NCBI GenBank assembly: GCA_965203355.1
Contig: OZ241889.1
Span: 3,976,280 to 4,040,279, forward strand
Direction of reading: 5' to 3'
DNA: 64,000 bases
DNA from: Candidatus Latescibacterota bacterium
GTDB taxonomy: Bacteria > Latescibacterota > UBA2968 > UBA8231
This document shows positions 30,977 to 40,630 of the stretch, one piece after another. Numbering within the stretch: position 1 is the first letter of the stretch; each line of letters starts with the position of its first letter. Both the position numbers and the translations under genes were made by a program. Under the pieces are notes generated by a model that was not told the DNA's origin, searched no databases, and saw only the letters and a list, made by a program, of their open reading frames with translations.

Positions 30977-32323
30977 CTATCCTTCTCTTTCAATGCGCGC
31001 CAAATTTCGCCGCAGTATAGGTCCGTATTCGTATTTGCCGGGACACGCGAAAGTACACAGCCCCAAGTCCTCCTCGTCCAGCTCCAGACAGCCGAGTGCT
31101 TGGGCGCGGTCCGTATCCTCGACGATAATGGCGCGAAGGAGCAGCGTCGCGAGGATATCCAGCGGCATCACCTGCTCGTACGAGCCGATTGGCACCATAG
31201 CCCGGTCGCTGCCCTCGGTCGAGGTCGTAAAGTCGAAAAGCCGGCCGGGCAGCAACTTAGAAACAAAGACGTTCTTGACGGAAAACTTATCGACGCCCGG
31301 CTTCTGCCACCCGAGAAACTCGCGCTGGTGGCCCTCGGCTAGCACCGAGATCTGCGTGTGGTAACGACCGAGGAAATCCAGAGGGCCAGACGCGCTCCGC
31401 CCGGCCAGCACCGACCCGGCAATGACCCGATTCTCGCCCGGCTTGAGTTGGCCCGCCGTCAGCTCGCTCAGGCAAGCCCCTTGGCGGGTGCGCAATAGGC
31501 GCGGCTTTTCCACCTGGGGGCCGCCCAAAGCTACTACGCGCTCGGTCCACAGCGAGCCGCTGGCAAAGAGCTTACCGCAGGCCACCACGTCTTGGTAGCC
31601 AATGTACCAGACCGTCTTGGCCGCTCCGACCGGGTCGAGAAAGTGAATGTGGGTGCCGGGCAACCCCGCAGGATGCGGGCCGGCAAATTCGACGACTTGG
31701 GCACCGTTGGCCGAGATGCGCGCGCTAGGTGCCTTGCACACATAGACCGGCCCGTCGGTGAGCTTGCCCAATATGGTCAGACCCCGTGCAAAGTCGTCCT
31801 CGTATTCGCGGAGCACAACTTGAGGATCGGCCGCGAGGGGATTGGAATCCATCGCGGTGACGAAAATCGAGTGCGGCGTGCTGTCCAGCAGGGGCACTTT
31901 GCTGTAGGGCCGCGTGCGCAGCGCGGTCCAAAGACCGGAGGCCACCAAGGTTTCGCGCACCTGCTCGCGGCTTAGCCGATCAGGTGCCGTGCGCACGTGC
32001 TGCTCAAAGTGCTCTTCCTCATCCCCGGCAACCTCAATGACGACCGATAACAAGGCTCGTTTGGCACCGCGATGGACGCCGAGCACTTTGCCGCTCGCCG
32101 GCGCCGTATAGCGCACGCCCGGGGTTCGCTTGTCCTCGAAAAGCAACTGCCCCTTTTTGACCGAATCTCCCTCGCGTACGGCCATAGTCGGTCGCAGATC
32201 AATGGAATCCGGCCCCAAGACCGCCACCTTCCCAACCGCTGGGCCATCTTCAATCACTTGCTCCGGCGTACCAGCAATGGGCAGGTTCAACCCTTTTTTT
32301 ATTACAATTTTACTACTGGCCAT
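30977..32323 (-). CDS. nqrA: Na+-NQR subunit A
   Basis: [22 protein letters not shown] from the ATG at 32323. The track start at 32350 is TTG. Confidence 0.9.
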   Translation of the reverse strand: MASSKIVIKKGLNLPIAGTPEQVIEDGPAVGKVAVLGPDSIDLRPTMAVREGDSVKKGQLLFEDKRTPGVRYTAPASGKVLGVHRGAKRALLSVVIEVAGDEEEHFEQHVRTAPDRLSREQVRETLVASGLWTALRTRPYSKVPLLDSTPHSIFVTAMDSNPLAADPQVVLREYEDDFARGLTILGKLTDGPVYVCKAPSARISANGAQVVEFAGPHPAGLPGTHIHFLDPVGAAKTVWYIGYQDVVACGKLFASGSLWTERVVALGGPQVEKPRLLRTRQGACLSELTAGQLKPGENRVIAGSVLAGRSASGPLDFLGRYHTQISVLAEGHQREFLGWQKPGVDKFSVKNVFVSKLLPGRLFDFTTSTEGSDRAMVPIGSYEQVMPLDILATLLLRAIIVEDTDRAQALGCLELDEEDLGLCTFACPGKYEYGPILRRNLARIEREG

Positions 32324-32634
32324 TGTGTGTGCTGCGCGATCCCCTTTCAAAGATAAAACTTCACTAAACTGGCCATTTTAAGCCAGTTACCTCCACCTAT
32401 CAGCAAAAATAGGACGCTAATTTGCCGCCGAAGAGTTCTTATGTTTCATAATCGGCCAGATATAAAAGCGCGGGGGCACCGCTCTAGCCCGTTTGCCTCC
32501 GCAAACAGCCTAAAAATAAAAGCCAAGAAACGCGATGTAGCAAGACATTTGCGCGGTAGATGCGGGCTAGACCTTGCCAAACGGGACGAAACCTCGGATT
32601 TTAGACGCTCATTCACCAAGCAGACCGAGGAATT

Positions 32635-33639
32635 ATGAGCCTGAATGCGCCCGCAACGTGCGAAGAAATCGCCGCGCTCTACAAAAGCCCCATACTCGAC
32701 CTCATATACCGCGCTGCAACCGTCCACCGCGAGCACCACGATCCGCGGCAAGTACAGGTCTGCACCCTGCTGTCGATCAAGACCGGCGGCTGCCCTGAAA
32801 ACTGCCGCTATTGCTCGCAGTCGGCCCACTTCGACACGGGCCTTGAACGCCAAGACCTGCTGTCGCTAGAGGCTGTGCGCGAAGCTGCCGAGCGCGCCGC
32901 AGCGGCCGGCAGTACGCGCTTCTGCATGGGCGCGGCCTGGCGCCAAGTCCGCGACGGCGCGGAGTTCGACCGCGTGTTGGACATGGTGCGCACGGTCGCT
33001 GCCACCGGCCTGGAAGTCTGCTGCACGTTGGGCATGCTCACCGCCGACCAAGCCCGCCAGTTGCGGGAAGCCGGCCTCCACGCGTACAACCACAACTTGG
33101 ACACCGGAGAAAACTATTACCCCGAAATCGTCTCCACTCGCACCTATCGCGACCGCATCGAAACCCTCGGCCACGTCGGCCGCGCCGGGATTTCGGTCTG
33201 CTGCGGCGGCATCTTGGGCATGGGCGAAAGCGACGAAGACCGCATCGACCTGCTCGGCGCACTCTTGCAGCTACCAACACCGCCAGAATCCATACCAGTC
33301 AACGCCCTAGTACCCATCGCCGGTACGCCGCTTGGCGACCGCGAGAAGGCGCCTGTTTGGGAGCTCGTCCGCATGATCGCTTGCGCCCGCATTCTCTTTC
33401 CCGCGGCGATGGTGCGCCTCTCGGCTGGCCGCGACCAGCTTTCGGCAGCCGAGCAAGCCCTGTGTTTTTTGGCTGGGGCCAATTCCATCTTCTCGGGCGA
33501 CCGCCTGTTGACTACGCCCCACCCGGGCACCAACGCCGATCAAGCCCTCTTCGATCTGCTCGACCTAGAACCGAGACCGCCACAAGGTGCTTCAGAGCGC
33601 GTCGATCAGCTCGCAGAAGCAGTCGTAGATCGCGGCTAG
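32635..33639 (+). CDS. bioB: Biotin synthase
   Basis: Radical-SAM motif GGCPENCRYCSQS. GAGGAA SD. Confidence 0.95.
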   Translation: MSLNAPATCEEIAALYKSPILDLIYRAATVHREHHDPRQVQVCTLLSIKTGGCPENCRYCSQSAHFDTGLERQDLLSLEAVREAAERAAAAGSTRFCMGAAWRQVRDGAEFDRVLDMVRTVAATGLEVCCTLGMLTADQARQLREAGLHAYNHNLDTGENYYPEIVSTRTYRDRIETLGHVGRAGISVCCGGILGMGESDEDRIDLLGALLQLPTPPESIPVNALVPIAGTPLGDREKAPVWELVRMIACARILFPAAMVRLSAGRDQLSAAEQALCFLAGANSIFSGDRLLTTPHPGTNADQALFDLLDLEPRPPQGASERVDQLAEAVVDRG

Positions 33640-34875
33640 CTGAGGCTGCTCAATGCAGTAGGGCGGCAGCACGTACACGCTATTGCCTAAGGGCCGCAAC
33701 AGAAAACCCCGCGCCAAAAATCGCTCCCTCAGCAGCGGCCCCACCTCGTGCAGGTATCCCTCCTCGCCCTCGACTATTACGTCCGCAGCCACAATCGTAC
33801 CGCACACCCGCACTCGCTTGAGCCGCGGGTGATCGCGCAGGCGCACTGCTTCCTCGCGCTGCCAAACCGCCAGCCGGCGGAAAGGCTCACCCGCTAGCAG
33901 ATCCAGCGAGGCCAACGCAGCCGCGCATCCTAAGGGATTGGCCGTGTAGGAGTGGCCGTGATAGAAAGCTTTAGAGGGGTCGTCGTGATAGAAGGCCGCG
34001 AACACCCGCTCGCTGCAAACAGTGACCGCCATGGGCAGGAAGCCGCCGGTCAGCCCCTTGGCCAAGCAGATGATGTCCGGTTTGGTCGCGGCTTTCTCAC
34101 AGGCGAAAAGCGCTCCGGTGCGTCCAAATCCGGTCAGCACCTCGTCGTAGATGGCCAACACATCCCATTGGCGCAAAAGAGCCTGCACGGCCGCGAGAAA
34201 GTGCGGGCGGCACATCCGCATACCGCCGGCACCTTGCACTAGGGGCTCGAGTATCATGGCCGCGTACTGGCCGGGATGGCGCGTCAGCAACTCCTCCAGT
34301 CGCCCGAGGGCCTGCGCTTCTTTCGCCTCTACCTCCCCATCGCCTTCCCAAGTGGCCGGAAAGGACACGGCGTCGGTCGGAAAGAGTAAATCGGCAAAAG
34401 GCTGCGTAAAAAGCGAGCGTCCCCCGACCGACATCGCCCCGAGCGTGTCCCCGTGATAGGCTCCCTCAAAACGCAGAAAGCGCGTGCGATCTCGCGCGCC
34501 CTGATTGCGCCAAAACTGATAGGCCAGTTTGAGCGAGACTTCTACAGCCGTCGAGCCATCGTCCGAGTAGAAAACCCATGCCAGCGGCGCGGGCAAAGCC
34601 TCCACTAGCCGCCGGGCCAGCTCTTCGGCGGGGCGGTGAGTAAACCCGGCCGCTATCACCTGTTCTAATTCTTTGGCCTGCTCGGCTACCGCCGCGGCGA
34701 TTTCCGGCTGGCCGTGGCCGTGCAAGGTCACCCACCAACTCGAAATACAGTCGAGGATTTGCCGCCCATCCTCCAGCACTAGCATCGCTCCGCGACCAGC
34801 CCGCACTTGCTGCACCGGCAGTGCGGCCTTCATCGGGGTAAAAGGCGACCACACGCGGGAAGTACGCTCAGCCAT
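33592..34875 (-). CDS. bioA: Adenosylmethionine-8-amino-7-oxononanoate aminotransferase
   Basis: WSPFT, YDEVLTGFGRTG, LAKGLTGGFLP. ATG at 34875 overlaps the bioD stop by 8 nt. Confidence 0.93.
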   Translation of the reverse strand: MAERTSRVWSPFTPMKAALPVQQVRAGRGAMLVLEDGRQILDCISSWWVTLHGHGQPEIAAAVAEQAKELEQVIAAGFTHRPAEELARRLVEALPAPLAWVFYSDDGSTAVEVSLKLAYQFWRNQGARDRTRFLRFEGAYHGDTLGAMSVGGRSLFTQPFADLLFPTDAVSFPATWEGDGEVEAKEAQALGRLEELLTRHPGQYAAMILEPLVQGAGGMRMCRPHFLAAVQALLRQWDVLAIYDEVLTGFGRTGALFACEKAATKPDIICLAKGLTGGFLPMAVTVCSERVFAAFYHDDPSKAFYHGHSYTANPLGCAAALASLDLLAGEPFRRLAVWQREEAVRLRDHPRLKRVRVCGTIVAADVIVEGEEGYLHEVGPLLRERFLARGFLLRPLGNSVYVLPPYCIEQPQLAAIYDCFCELIDAL

Positions 34876-35491
34876 GGTGGCCAAAATAGCGGGCAAAAAG
34901 CACCCGGACCTTGGTGGGCGACAGTTCTACCCGGCGATCGATTGCAGCCAGCACCGGCACCGCTCCGTAGTGGGCGATAGCTTGGCAGTTGGCTGAGTTG
35001 GGGGGGCCGTTGACCACCACGCCCAAGACCGGACAACCGCGGCGGCGCAATTGCTCCAGCGTCAATAGCGTGTGATTGATGGTGCCCAACTCGCTGCGCG
35101 CCACCACCAGCACCGGCAGCTTCAGACTGACCATCAGATCGATCATCAGATGCCGATCGTCGAGCGGCACCATGACCCCGCCCGCTCCTTCGACGATCAA
35201 GTGCTTCTGCTTGGGCAAAGCGAAGCGGCTCATCTCGATTTGCACCCCCTCGCGCCGGGCCGCTTCGTGCGGCGACAGCGGAGCGCGCAAGCGATAGGTC
35301 TCCGGCAGAATGCGCTCGGCCGGCAAGCCAGTGACGCGCCGCACCCAATCGGCGTCTGCATCGGCCCCGCTTTGCACCGGCTTCCAATAGGCAGCCTCCA
35401 GCCCCACAGTCAGCAGTGCGGCAACGTACGACTTGCCAACGCCCGTATCCGTACCGGTGACGAACAAACGCACGGGGAGTTCAGCCGCCAC
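34868..35491 (-). CDS. bioD: Dethiobiotin synthetase
   Basis: LFVTGTDTGVGKS P-loop. Confidence 0.9.
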   Translation of the reverse strand: MAAELPVRLFVTGTDTGVGKSYVAALLTVGLEAAYWKPVQSGADADADWVRRVTGLPAERILPETYRLRAPLSPHEAARREGVQIEMSRFALPKQKHLIVEGAGGVMVPLDDRHLMIDLMVSLKLPVLVVARSELGTINHTLLTLEQLRRRGCPVLGVVVNGPPNSANCQAIAHYGAVPVLAAIDRRVELSPTKVRVLFARYFGHHG

Positions 35492-36287
35492 CGCCCCCGG
35501 CTTTCTCTATGGATAAATAGTGAATAACGCATGTAACCTCCACGCCGTTGGGACAGTCGCGATCCCAGCCGCGCAAGAGTTGGCGCAACTGAGCTGGTCC
35601 CAGGGAACTCAGCCGCACCGACGTGTGGGCTCCCGTGCCCTTGAAGTGGCGCAAAAAAGCGCGGGCGGTCGGAAAACGCCGGGCCATCACTTGCTCCCAT
35701 TGGCGCACGGCAACCGGCGCGGCGGCGAATGCACGGGCGACCGCAGCTAAGTCGGGCAAGGCGTTGGCACTACAGGGGATGCCTTGCCGCGCACATTGAC
35801 GGTGCCACTCGGCGTACGAACCTGCCCCCGGATAGGAACAGATCAATCGCCCACCGGGTTTGAGCGCGGTCAGCAGCTTCTGTAACCCGGTGGGCAAATC
35901 GGCGAACCAGTGAACCACAAAGCTGGCGCAGATCAAGGCGTAGCGTCCCTCGCTTGCTAGCTGTTCCCCGTCCAAGACTCGATAGTGGAGGTCTGGATGG
36001 GAAACCTCAGTGGCCATTTTTTGCCGACAATGCGCGATCATGGCTGGCGCAAGGTCGGTCAGTTCCAAGCGTCGTTCGGGAAAGAGCACAGCCAAGGATG
36101 TACTCAAAAAGCCCGTGCCGCAACCAATTTCGAGCACCGGGCCTTCCACTAGGTTTTCGGCGCATTCGGCCGCACATTTAGCCAAAGTAGCGGCCCCGGC
36201 GCGCTGCTCCTCGGCATGGCAATCGTACGTCGGGGCACTGCGGGAGAAACTTTCGCTGACGCGCGCTTTGAAATTCCCTTCCATCAT
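35481..36287 (-). CDS. bioC: Malonyl-ACP O-methyltransferase (SAM-dependent)
   Basis: SAM motif LEIGCGTGFLS. ATGA overlap with the upstream esterase gene. Sits between bioH-like and bioD. Confidence 0.75.
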   Translation of the reverse strand: MMEGNFKARVSESFSRSAPTYDCHAEEQRAGAATLAKCAAECAENLVEGPVLEIGCGTGFLSTSLAVLFPERRLELTDLAPAMIAHCRQKMATEVSHPDLHYRVLDGEQLASEGRYALICASFVVHWFADLPTGLQKLLTALKPGGRLICSYPGAGSYAEWHRQCARQGIPCSANALPDLAAVARAFAAAPVAVRQWEQVMARRFPTARAFLRHFKGTGAHTSVRLSSLGPAQLRQLLRGWDRDCPNGVEVTCVIHYLSIEKAGGGGG

Positions 36288-36943
36288 ACAGGCTGCATTC
36301 CGCGCCAAGCCCATTCAACGCGCTCCCAACACGCGCGGACATGGGTCAGGGGCAGCGCATGGCCTGCCTCCGCGACGATGGCGAGCACGCTGTTCGGCAA
36401 CAACTCGCGCAGTTCCTCGGCCCGCTCCACAGGCACCACGCGGTCGCGACTGCCGTGCAAGATGAGCACCTGTGCGGCGGCTGGCATCGCGCTTAGTGCT
36501 AGCACGCTCTCCTGCAATAGCTGCAAATCGCGGCGCAAGCCATCGGCGTTGGCGATCTCGGGCCAGTTTCTGTCCGGCACCGCGCCACAACGGGCGTAAA
36601 AATCGGCCAACAAGGCCGCGGGCTCGCGCCCCAAGCGCACCAGCATCTGCTCTACCGTGCGGCGCGAGTGCCAAGCCTGACGAGCACGGGAGGAGTGAAA
36701 ACTGCGAAAGCCGCTGATAACCACGATCAACTCCGCTGCCCATAGCTGAGGCGACAACAGATGCAAGCCGAAAGAGTGCGCCAAGACGATGCGCGGCCGA
36801 GCCGCAACCGCCACGGCTGGGCCGAAGTACCCTCGGTCCGGGCAGTGCAGCGCAAAGCTAGCGGGCAAAACATCCCGCCAGCGATCCCAGCACCAAGCAC
36901 CAAAGCCCCACCCGTGCTGAGCGACCACGTCAACGGCGGCCAT
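36284..36943 (-). CDS. bioH: BioH-like alpha/beta hydrolase (putative pimeloyl-ACP methyl ester esterase)
   Basis: HGWGFGAWCW resembles E. coli BioH HGWGLNAEVW. Nucleophile elbow AHSFG, Asp in HGSRDRVVP, His in EAGHALP. 219 aa. Context is bioF-X-bioC. Confidence 0.6.
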   Translation of the reverse strand: MAAVDVVAQHGWGFGAWCWDRWRDVLPASFALHCPDRGYFGPAVAVAARPRIVLAHSFGLHLLSPQLWAAELIVVISGFRSFHSSRARQAWHSRRTVEQMLVRLGREPAALLADFYARCGAVPDRNWPEIANADGLRRDLQLLQESVLALSAMPAAAQVLILHGSRDRVVPVERAEELRELLPNSVLAIVAEAGHALPLTHVRACWERVEWAWRGMQPV

Positions 36944-38096
36944 CGCGCCACTTCTGTAGCAGTTCCACCAGCACATCGAGGTCGCTCCGCTGATGCAGGG
37001 CACTGAGCGTCAAGCGAATCCGCGCCCGCCCCGGCTCAACCGTGGGAGGGCGTATGGCCACCGCTAGGACGCCGTTTTCTTCTAGATAGGCGTTCAGAGC
37101 CAGCGCATCGCCCTCCGCACCCACCATTAGCGGCACGATCTGCGCGGTCGCCGCACCCGTGTCCCAGCCTTGTGCTTTGAGTGCGCCGCGCAAATAGTCG
37201 GCATGGGCGAGCAATGTTCGGCGCGCGGCCTCCATTTGCGGTACCAACTCTAGCGCCGCATCCACTGCACCCAAGACGGCCGGCGGCAGCGCGGTCGTAT
37301 AGATGAATCCCGGGCAACAGTTGACCAAGTACTCCCACAGCTTCTCGCCGCAGGCCACGTACGCCCCAAAAGACCCGAGTGCCTTGCCGAACGTACCCAC
37401 GCATACGTCCACATCCTTGCCGCACGTCAGCCCCATCCCCTGCTGGCCCAAAACGCCCGTGGCGTGCGCTTCGTCGATGACCAGCAAGGCATCGAATTCC
37501 CCAGCCAACTCGACGAGCGCGTCAAGGTCGCTTATATCGCCGTCCATGCTAAACAGCGATTCGGTGACAATCACCCGGCGCGAGTGGTCCGCCCCGGCGC
37601 TTTCCGCCAGCAGGGCGCGCAGGTGATCCAAGTCGCCGTGGCGGTAGCGCCGCAGCCGACAGCGCCCCAAGACCGCCCCTTGCACCAAGCTGTTGTGACA
37701 GAGCCGGTCGAGCAGGACGAGTGCTCGCCGATCAACCAGCGTCGGTAGCAGTGAAACATTGGCCTGATAGCCAGAATTGAACACCAACGCCCGCTCGGTC
37801 TGCTTGAGCTTTGCCAAGGTCTGCTCCACCTCGGCAAAGCCCGGCCGGGAGCCACAAATCAAGCGCGCGGCCGTAGCACCGGCCCCGTAGCACTCGACGA
37901 ACTCAATGGCCCGCGTCTGTAAAAGCGGGTGCGACGCCAAGCCGAGATAGTCGTTGGAACTAAAATTGACCAACTCGCGGCCTTGTGTGCGAACGCACGT
38001 ACCGCCGCACGGCTCCCAAGTCCGCAACGACCGCATCTGCCCGGCCTGTTGCCGCCGCGCCAATTCAGCGTGAATAAAATCGAATTTCGCCTGCAT
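36930..38096 (-). CDS. bioF: 8-amino-7-oxononanoate synthase
   Basis: NFSSNDYLGL, DEAH, SMDGD, and the PLP Lys in GTFGKALG. ATG at 38096 (MQAKFDFIHAEL). Confidence 0.92.
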   Translation of the reverse strand: MQAKFDFIHAELARRQQAGQMRSLRTWEPCGGTCVRTQGRELVNFSSNDYLGLASHPLLQTRAIEFVECYGAGATAARLICGSRPGFAEVEQTLAKLKQTERALVFNSGYQANVSLLPTLVDRRALVLLDRLCHNSLVQGAVLGRCRLRRYRHGDLDHLRALLAESAGADHSRRVIVTESLFSMDGDISDLDALVELAGEFDALLVIDEAHATGVLGQQGMGLTCGKDVDVCVGTFGKALGSFGAYVACGEKLWEYLVNCCPGFIYTTALPPAVLGAVDAALELVPQMEAARRTLLAHADYLRGALKAQGWDTGAATAQIVPLMVGAEGDALALNAYLEENGVLAVAIRPPTVEPGRARIRLTLSALHQRSDLDVLVELLQKWRDGRR

Positions 38097-38203
38097 AAAG
38101 GTGAAGCTGTGCCAAAGGGTCCGTCCCAGCAAGCCGCCTCCGGGCTTGCCGCGCAAGGTGCGCCGCTCTATACTATCGCCGGTGAACTTGCTCCGCGGCT
38201 GCC

Positions 38204-39100
38204 ATGGCGACGACGACCCATAAAATTACCGTTTCTTCGCTCCAGTCCAAAAAGGAACGCGGCCAGAAAATCTGCATGTTGACGGCCTACGACTATCCCA
38301 CGGCCGCGCTGCAAGACGAAGCGGGCCTCGACGTGATCTTGGTCGGCGATTCCGTGGGCACCAACGTCTTGGGCTATCGCGGCCCACAGCAGGTGACTAT
38401 GGAAGACATCCTCCACCACCTGCGGGCCGTGCGCCGGGCCGTGCGCCGGGCCTTTCTCCTCGCCGATCTACCCTTCATGTCCTTTCAGCCGTCGGTCGAG
38501 ACCGCGGTCAAAAACGCCGGGCGCTTGGTGCAGGAGGGCGGAGCCGAAGGCGTCAAATTGGAAGGCGGCTTGCCGGTCTTGCCGCAGCTAAAAGCCATCG
38601 TCAATGCCGGCATTCCGGTCGTCGGCCACCTTGGCTTTACCCCGCAGTCCCAAGCCAGCGAATTCTACCTGTTCAGCGACCGGCGCGGCACTGTGCCCAA
38701 GTTCCACGGCAAAGGACCGAAGGGAGCCAAGGCCCTGGTCGATCAAGCCCAGCGCATGGAGGACGCCGGCGTCTTCGCCTTGGTCTTGGAGATGGTTACA
38801 GAAGAGGCCGCCCGCGCCATAGCCGAGCGGCTCAAAATCCCGGTCATCGGCATTGGCGCTGGCCGCTATTGCGACGGCCAAGTGCTGATCGTCCACGACC
38901 TCGTCGGCCTCAACGAAGAAGACCTAATTTTGACCAAAGCCTACGGCCAAACGCGCCAAGCTTGGCTCGAAATGTTCAGATCGTACAGCCGAGAAGTAGC
39001 CGCCGGCCGCTTTCCCACGGCCGAAAATACAGCGCACATGGCCCCGGAAAAACGCGCCCAACTAGCCCAACTACTCAGCGATAACAGACCAGATCGCTAA
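38204..39100 (+). CDS. panB: 3-methyl-2-oxobutanoate hydroxymethyltransferase
   Basis: MLTAYDY, LVGDSVG, LADLPFMSF, GAEGVKLEGG. Confidence 0.93.
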   Translation: MATTTHKITVSSLQSKKERGQKICMLTAYDYPTAALQDEAGLDVILVGDSVGTNVLGYRGPQQVTMEDILHHLRAVRRAVRRAFLLADLPFMSFQPSVETAVKNAGRLVQEGGAEGVKLEGGLPVLPQLKAIVNAGIPVVGHLGFTPQSQASEFYLFSDRRGTVPKFHGKGPKGAKALVDQAQRMEDAGVFALVLEMVTEEAARAIAERLKIPVIGIGAGRYCDGQVLIVHDLVGLNEEDLILTKAYGQTRQAWLEMFRSYSREVAAGRFPTAENTAHMAPEKRAQLAQLLSDNRPDR

Positions 39101-39121
39101 TCCTTCGAGAGGAAACTTTCT

Positions 39122-40627
39122 ATGCGCTTACTCTACACTGCTGCCCTGATCATGTGGACGACGGTCCCCTCGCTAGCCCAAGACGCCGGACAAGGTTGGA
39201 TTCAAGCGCTAGATAGCCTCTTTGGCGATACTGTGGCCCTGATGGAAGACGTGCTCTTCGCCGATCTAGGCACCCAGATACCACTCATCATCTGGGTGCT
39301 GGTCTTGGGCGGCATCTACTATTCCTTCTACTTCGGCTGGATCAACCTGCGCGGGTTCCGCCACTCCATCGACGTCATAAGGGGCCGCTACGACAATCCC
39401 GACGATCCAGGCGAGATCTCCCATTTCCAAGCGTTGACCAGCGCCCTATCAGCTACCATCGGCTTGGGCAACATAGCTGGCGTGGCCATTGCCCTGAGCT
39501 TGGGCGGCCCCGGCGCGATCTTCTGGATGCTCCTCACCGCCCTGTTCGGCATGTCATCCAAGCTCGCCTCCTGCACCTTGGCCATCATGTACCGCAAAAT
39601 TCACCCCGATGGCCGGATATCGGGCGGCCCCATGTATTACTTAGAACACGGACTGAGTGCCAAAGGGCTGCGGCCATTGGGCCGCACCCTCGCCGTTGTG
39701 TTTGCTTTCTTGACTATCGGCGGCTCCCTCGGCGGCGGCAACATGTTCCAGTCCAATCAGACGGTCGAGATACTCAGCACTATAGCCCCGGCTGTCGGCG
39801 AATACAATTGGCTCATTGGCCTGCTCTTCGCCTCATGCGTCTCTATAGTCATCATCGGCGGCATCAAGCGGATCGGAAGCGTCACGTCGCGGATCGTCCC
39901 CTCCATGTGCGTACTGTACGTGTCCGTCTCGCTGCTCATCATCCTGTCGAACATCGCCCAAGTGCCCGCCATGATTGCGACCATTTTCCGCGAGGCATTC
40001 TCGCCGCAAGCCATATACGGAGGTTTTTTGGCCGTCCTAGTCATGGGCGTCAAACGCGCCGCTTTCTCCAACGAGGCCGGCCTCGGCTCGGCGGCCTTTG
40101 CCCACTCAGCGGCCCGCACCAACGAGGCCGCCCGCGAGGGCATGGTCGCCATGATCGGCCCTTTCATCGACACGATTGTCATCTGCTTGATGACCGCTTT
40201 GGTCTGCATGATAACCGGCGTTTACGCCGATCCGCAGTTCCAAGCCCACGAGGGCTTCATCGCCGGAGCCAAAATGACCGCGGCCGCCTTTGATTCCTTC
40301 ATTCCCGGCGCCCGCTACGTCCTCGCCATTGGCGTCATGCTCTTCGCCTACTCGACCATGATATCGTGGTCGTACTACGGAGAACGGGCGTGGGAATACC
40401 TCTTTGGCAACCGATCCATTCTCGTGTACCGCATCATTTTCGTATTCTTCGTGTTTTTAGGGGCGATTACCGCGCTCGACAACGTGCTCTCCTTTTCCGA
40501 CATGATGATTCTCGGCATGGCCTTCCCCAACATCATCGGCGGCGTCATTCTCAGCCCGCAGATCAAGGCGTGCCTGCAAGAGTACTGGGGCCGGTTAAAA
40601 AGCGGCCAGATGCGGCGTTACAAGTAG
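39122..40627 (+). CDS. Alanine/glycine:cation (Na+) symporter family transporter
   Basis: SHFQALTSALSATIGLGNIAGVAIALSLGGPGAIFWM. Multi-TM, 501 aa. Confidence 0.9.
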   Translation: MRLLYTAALIMWTTVPSLAQDAGQGWIQALDSLFGDTVALMEDVLFADLGTQIPLIIWVLVLGGIYYSFYFGWINLRGFRHSIDVIRGRYDNPDDPGEISHFQALTSALSATIGLGNIAGVAIALSLGGPGAIFWMLLTALFGMSSKLASCTLAIMYRKIHPDGRISGGPMYYLEHGLSAKGLRPLGRTLAVVFAFLTIGGSLGGGNMFQSNQTVEILSTIAPAVGEYNWLIGLLFASCVSIVIIGGIKRIGSVTSRIVPSMCVLYVSVSLLIILSNIAQVPAMIATIFREAFSPQAIYGGFLAVLVMGVKRAAFSNEAGLGSAAFAHSAARTNEAAREGMVAMIGPFIDTIVICLMTALVCMITGVYADPQFQAHEGFIAGAKMTAAAFDSFIPGARYVLAIGVMLFAYSTMISWSYYGERAWEYLFGNRSILVYRIIFVFFVFLGAITALDNVLSFSDMMILGMAFPNIIGGVILSPQIKACLQEYWGRLKSGQMRRYK

Positions 40628-40630
40628 AGC

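Noticed and set aside
32446-32853. 135-aa minus-strand ORF spanning the nqrA-bioB spacer and the bioB 5-prime end
   Set aside because: It overlaps the well-supported bioB start in antisense and shows no motifs. Likely spurious.
38424-38452. Perfect 12-nt tandem repeat gggccgtgcgcc x2 (plus a partial third copy) inside panB, encoding AVRRAVRR
   Set aside because: By eye, the distance from the conserved AV to LLADLPF equals that in E. coli PanB. So this is not an insertion or slippage expansion, just a coincidental in-frame repeat.
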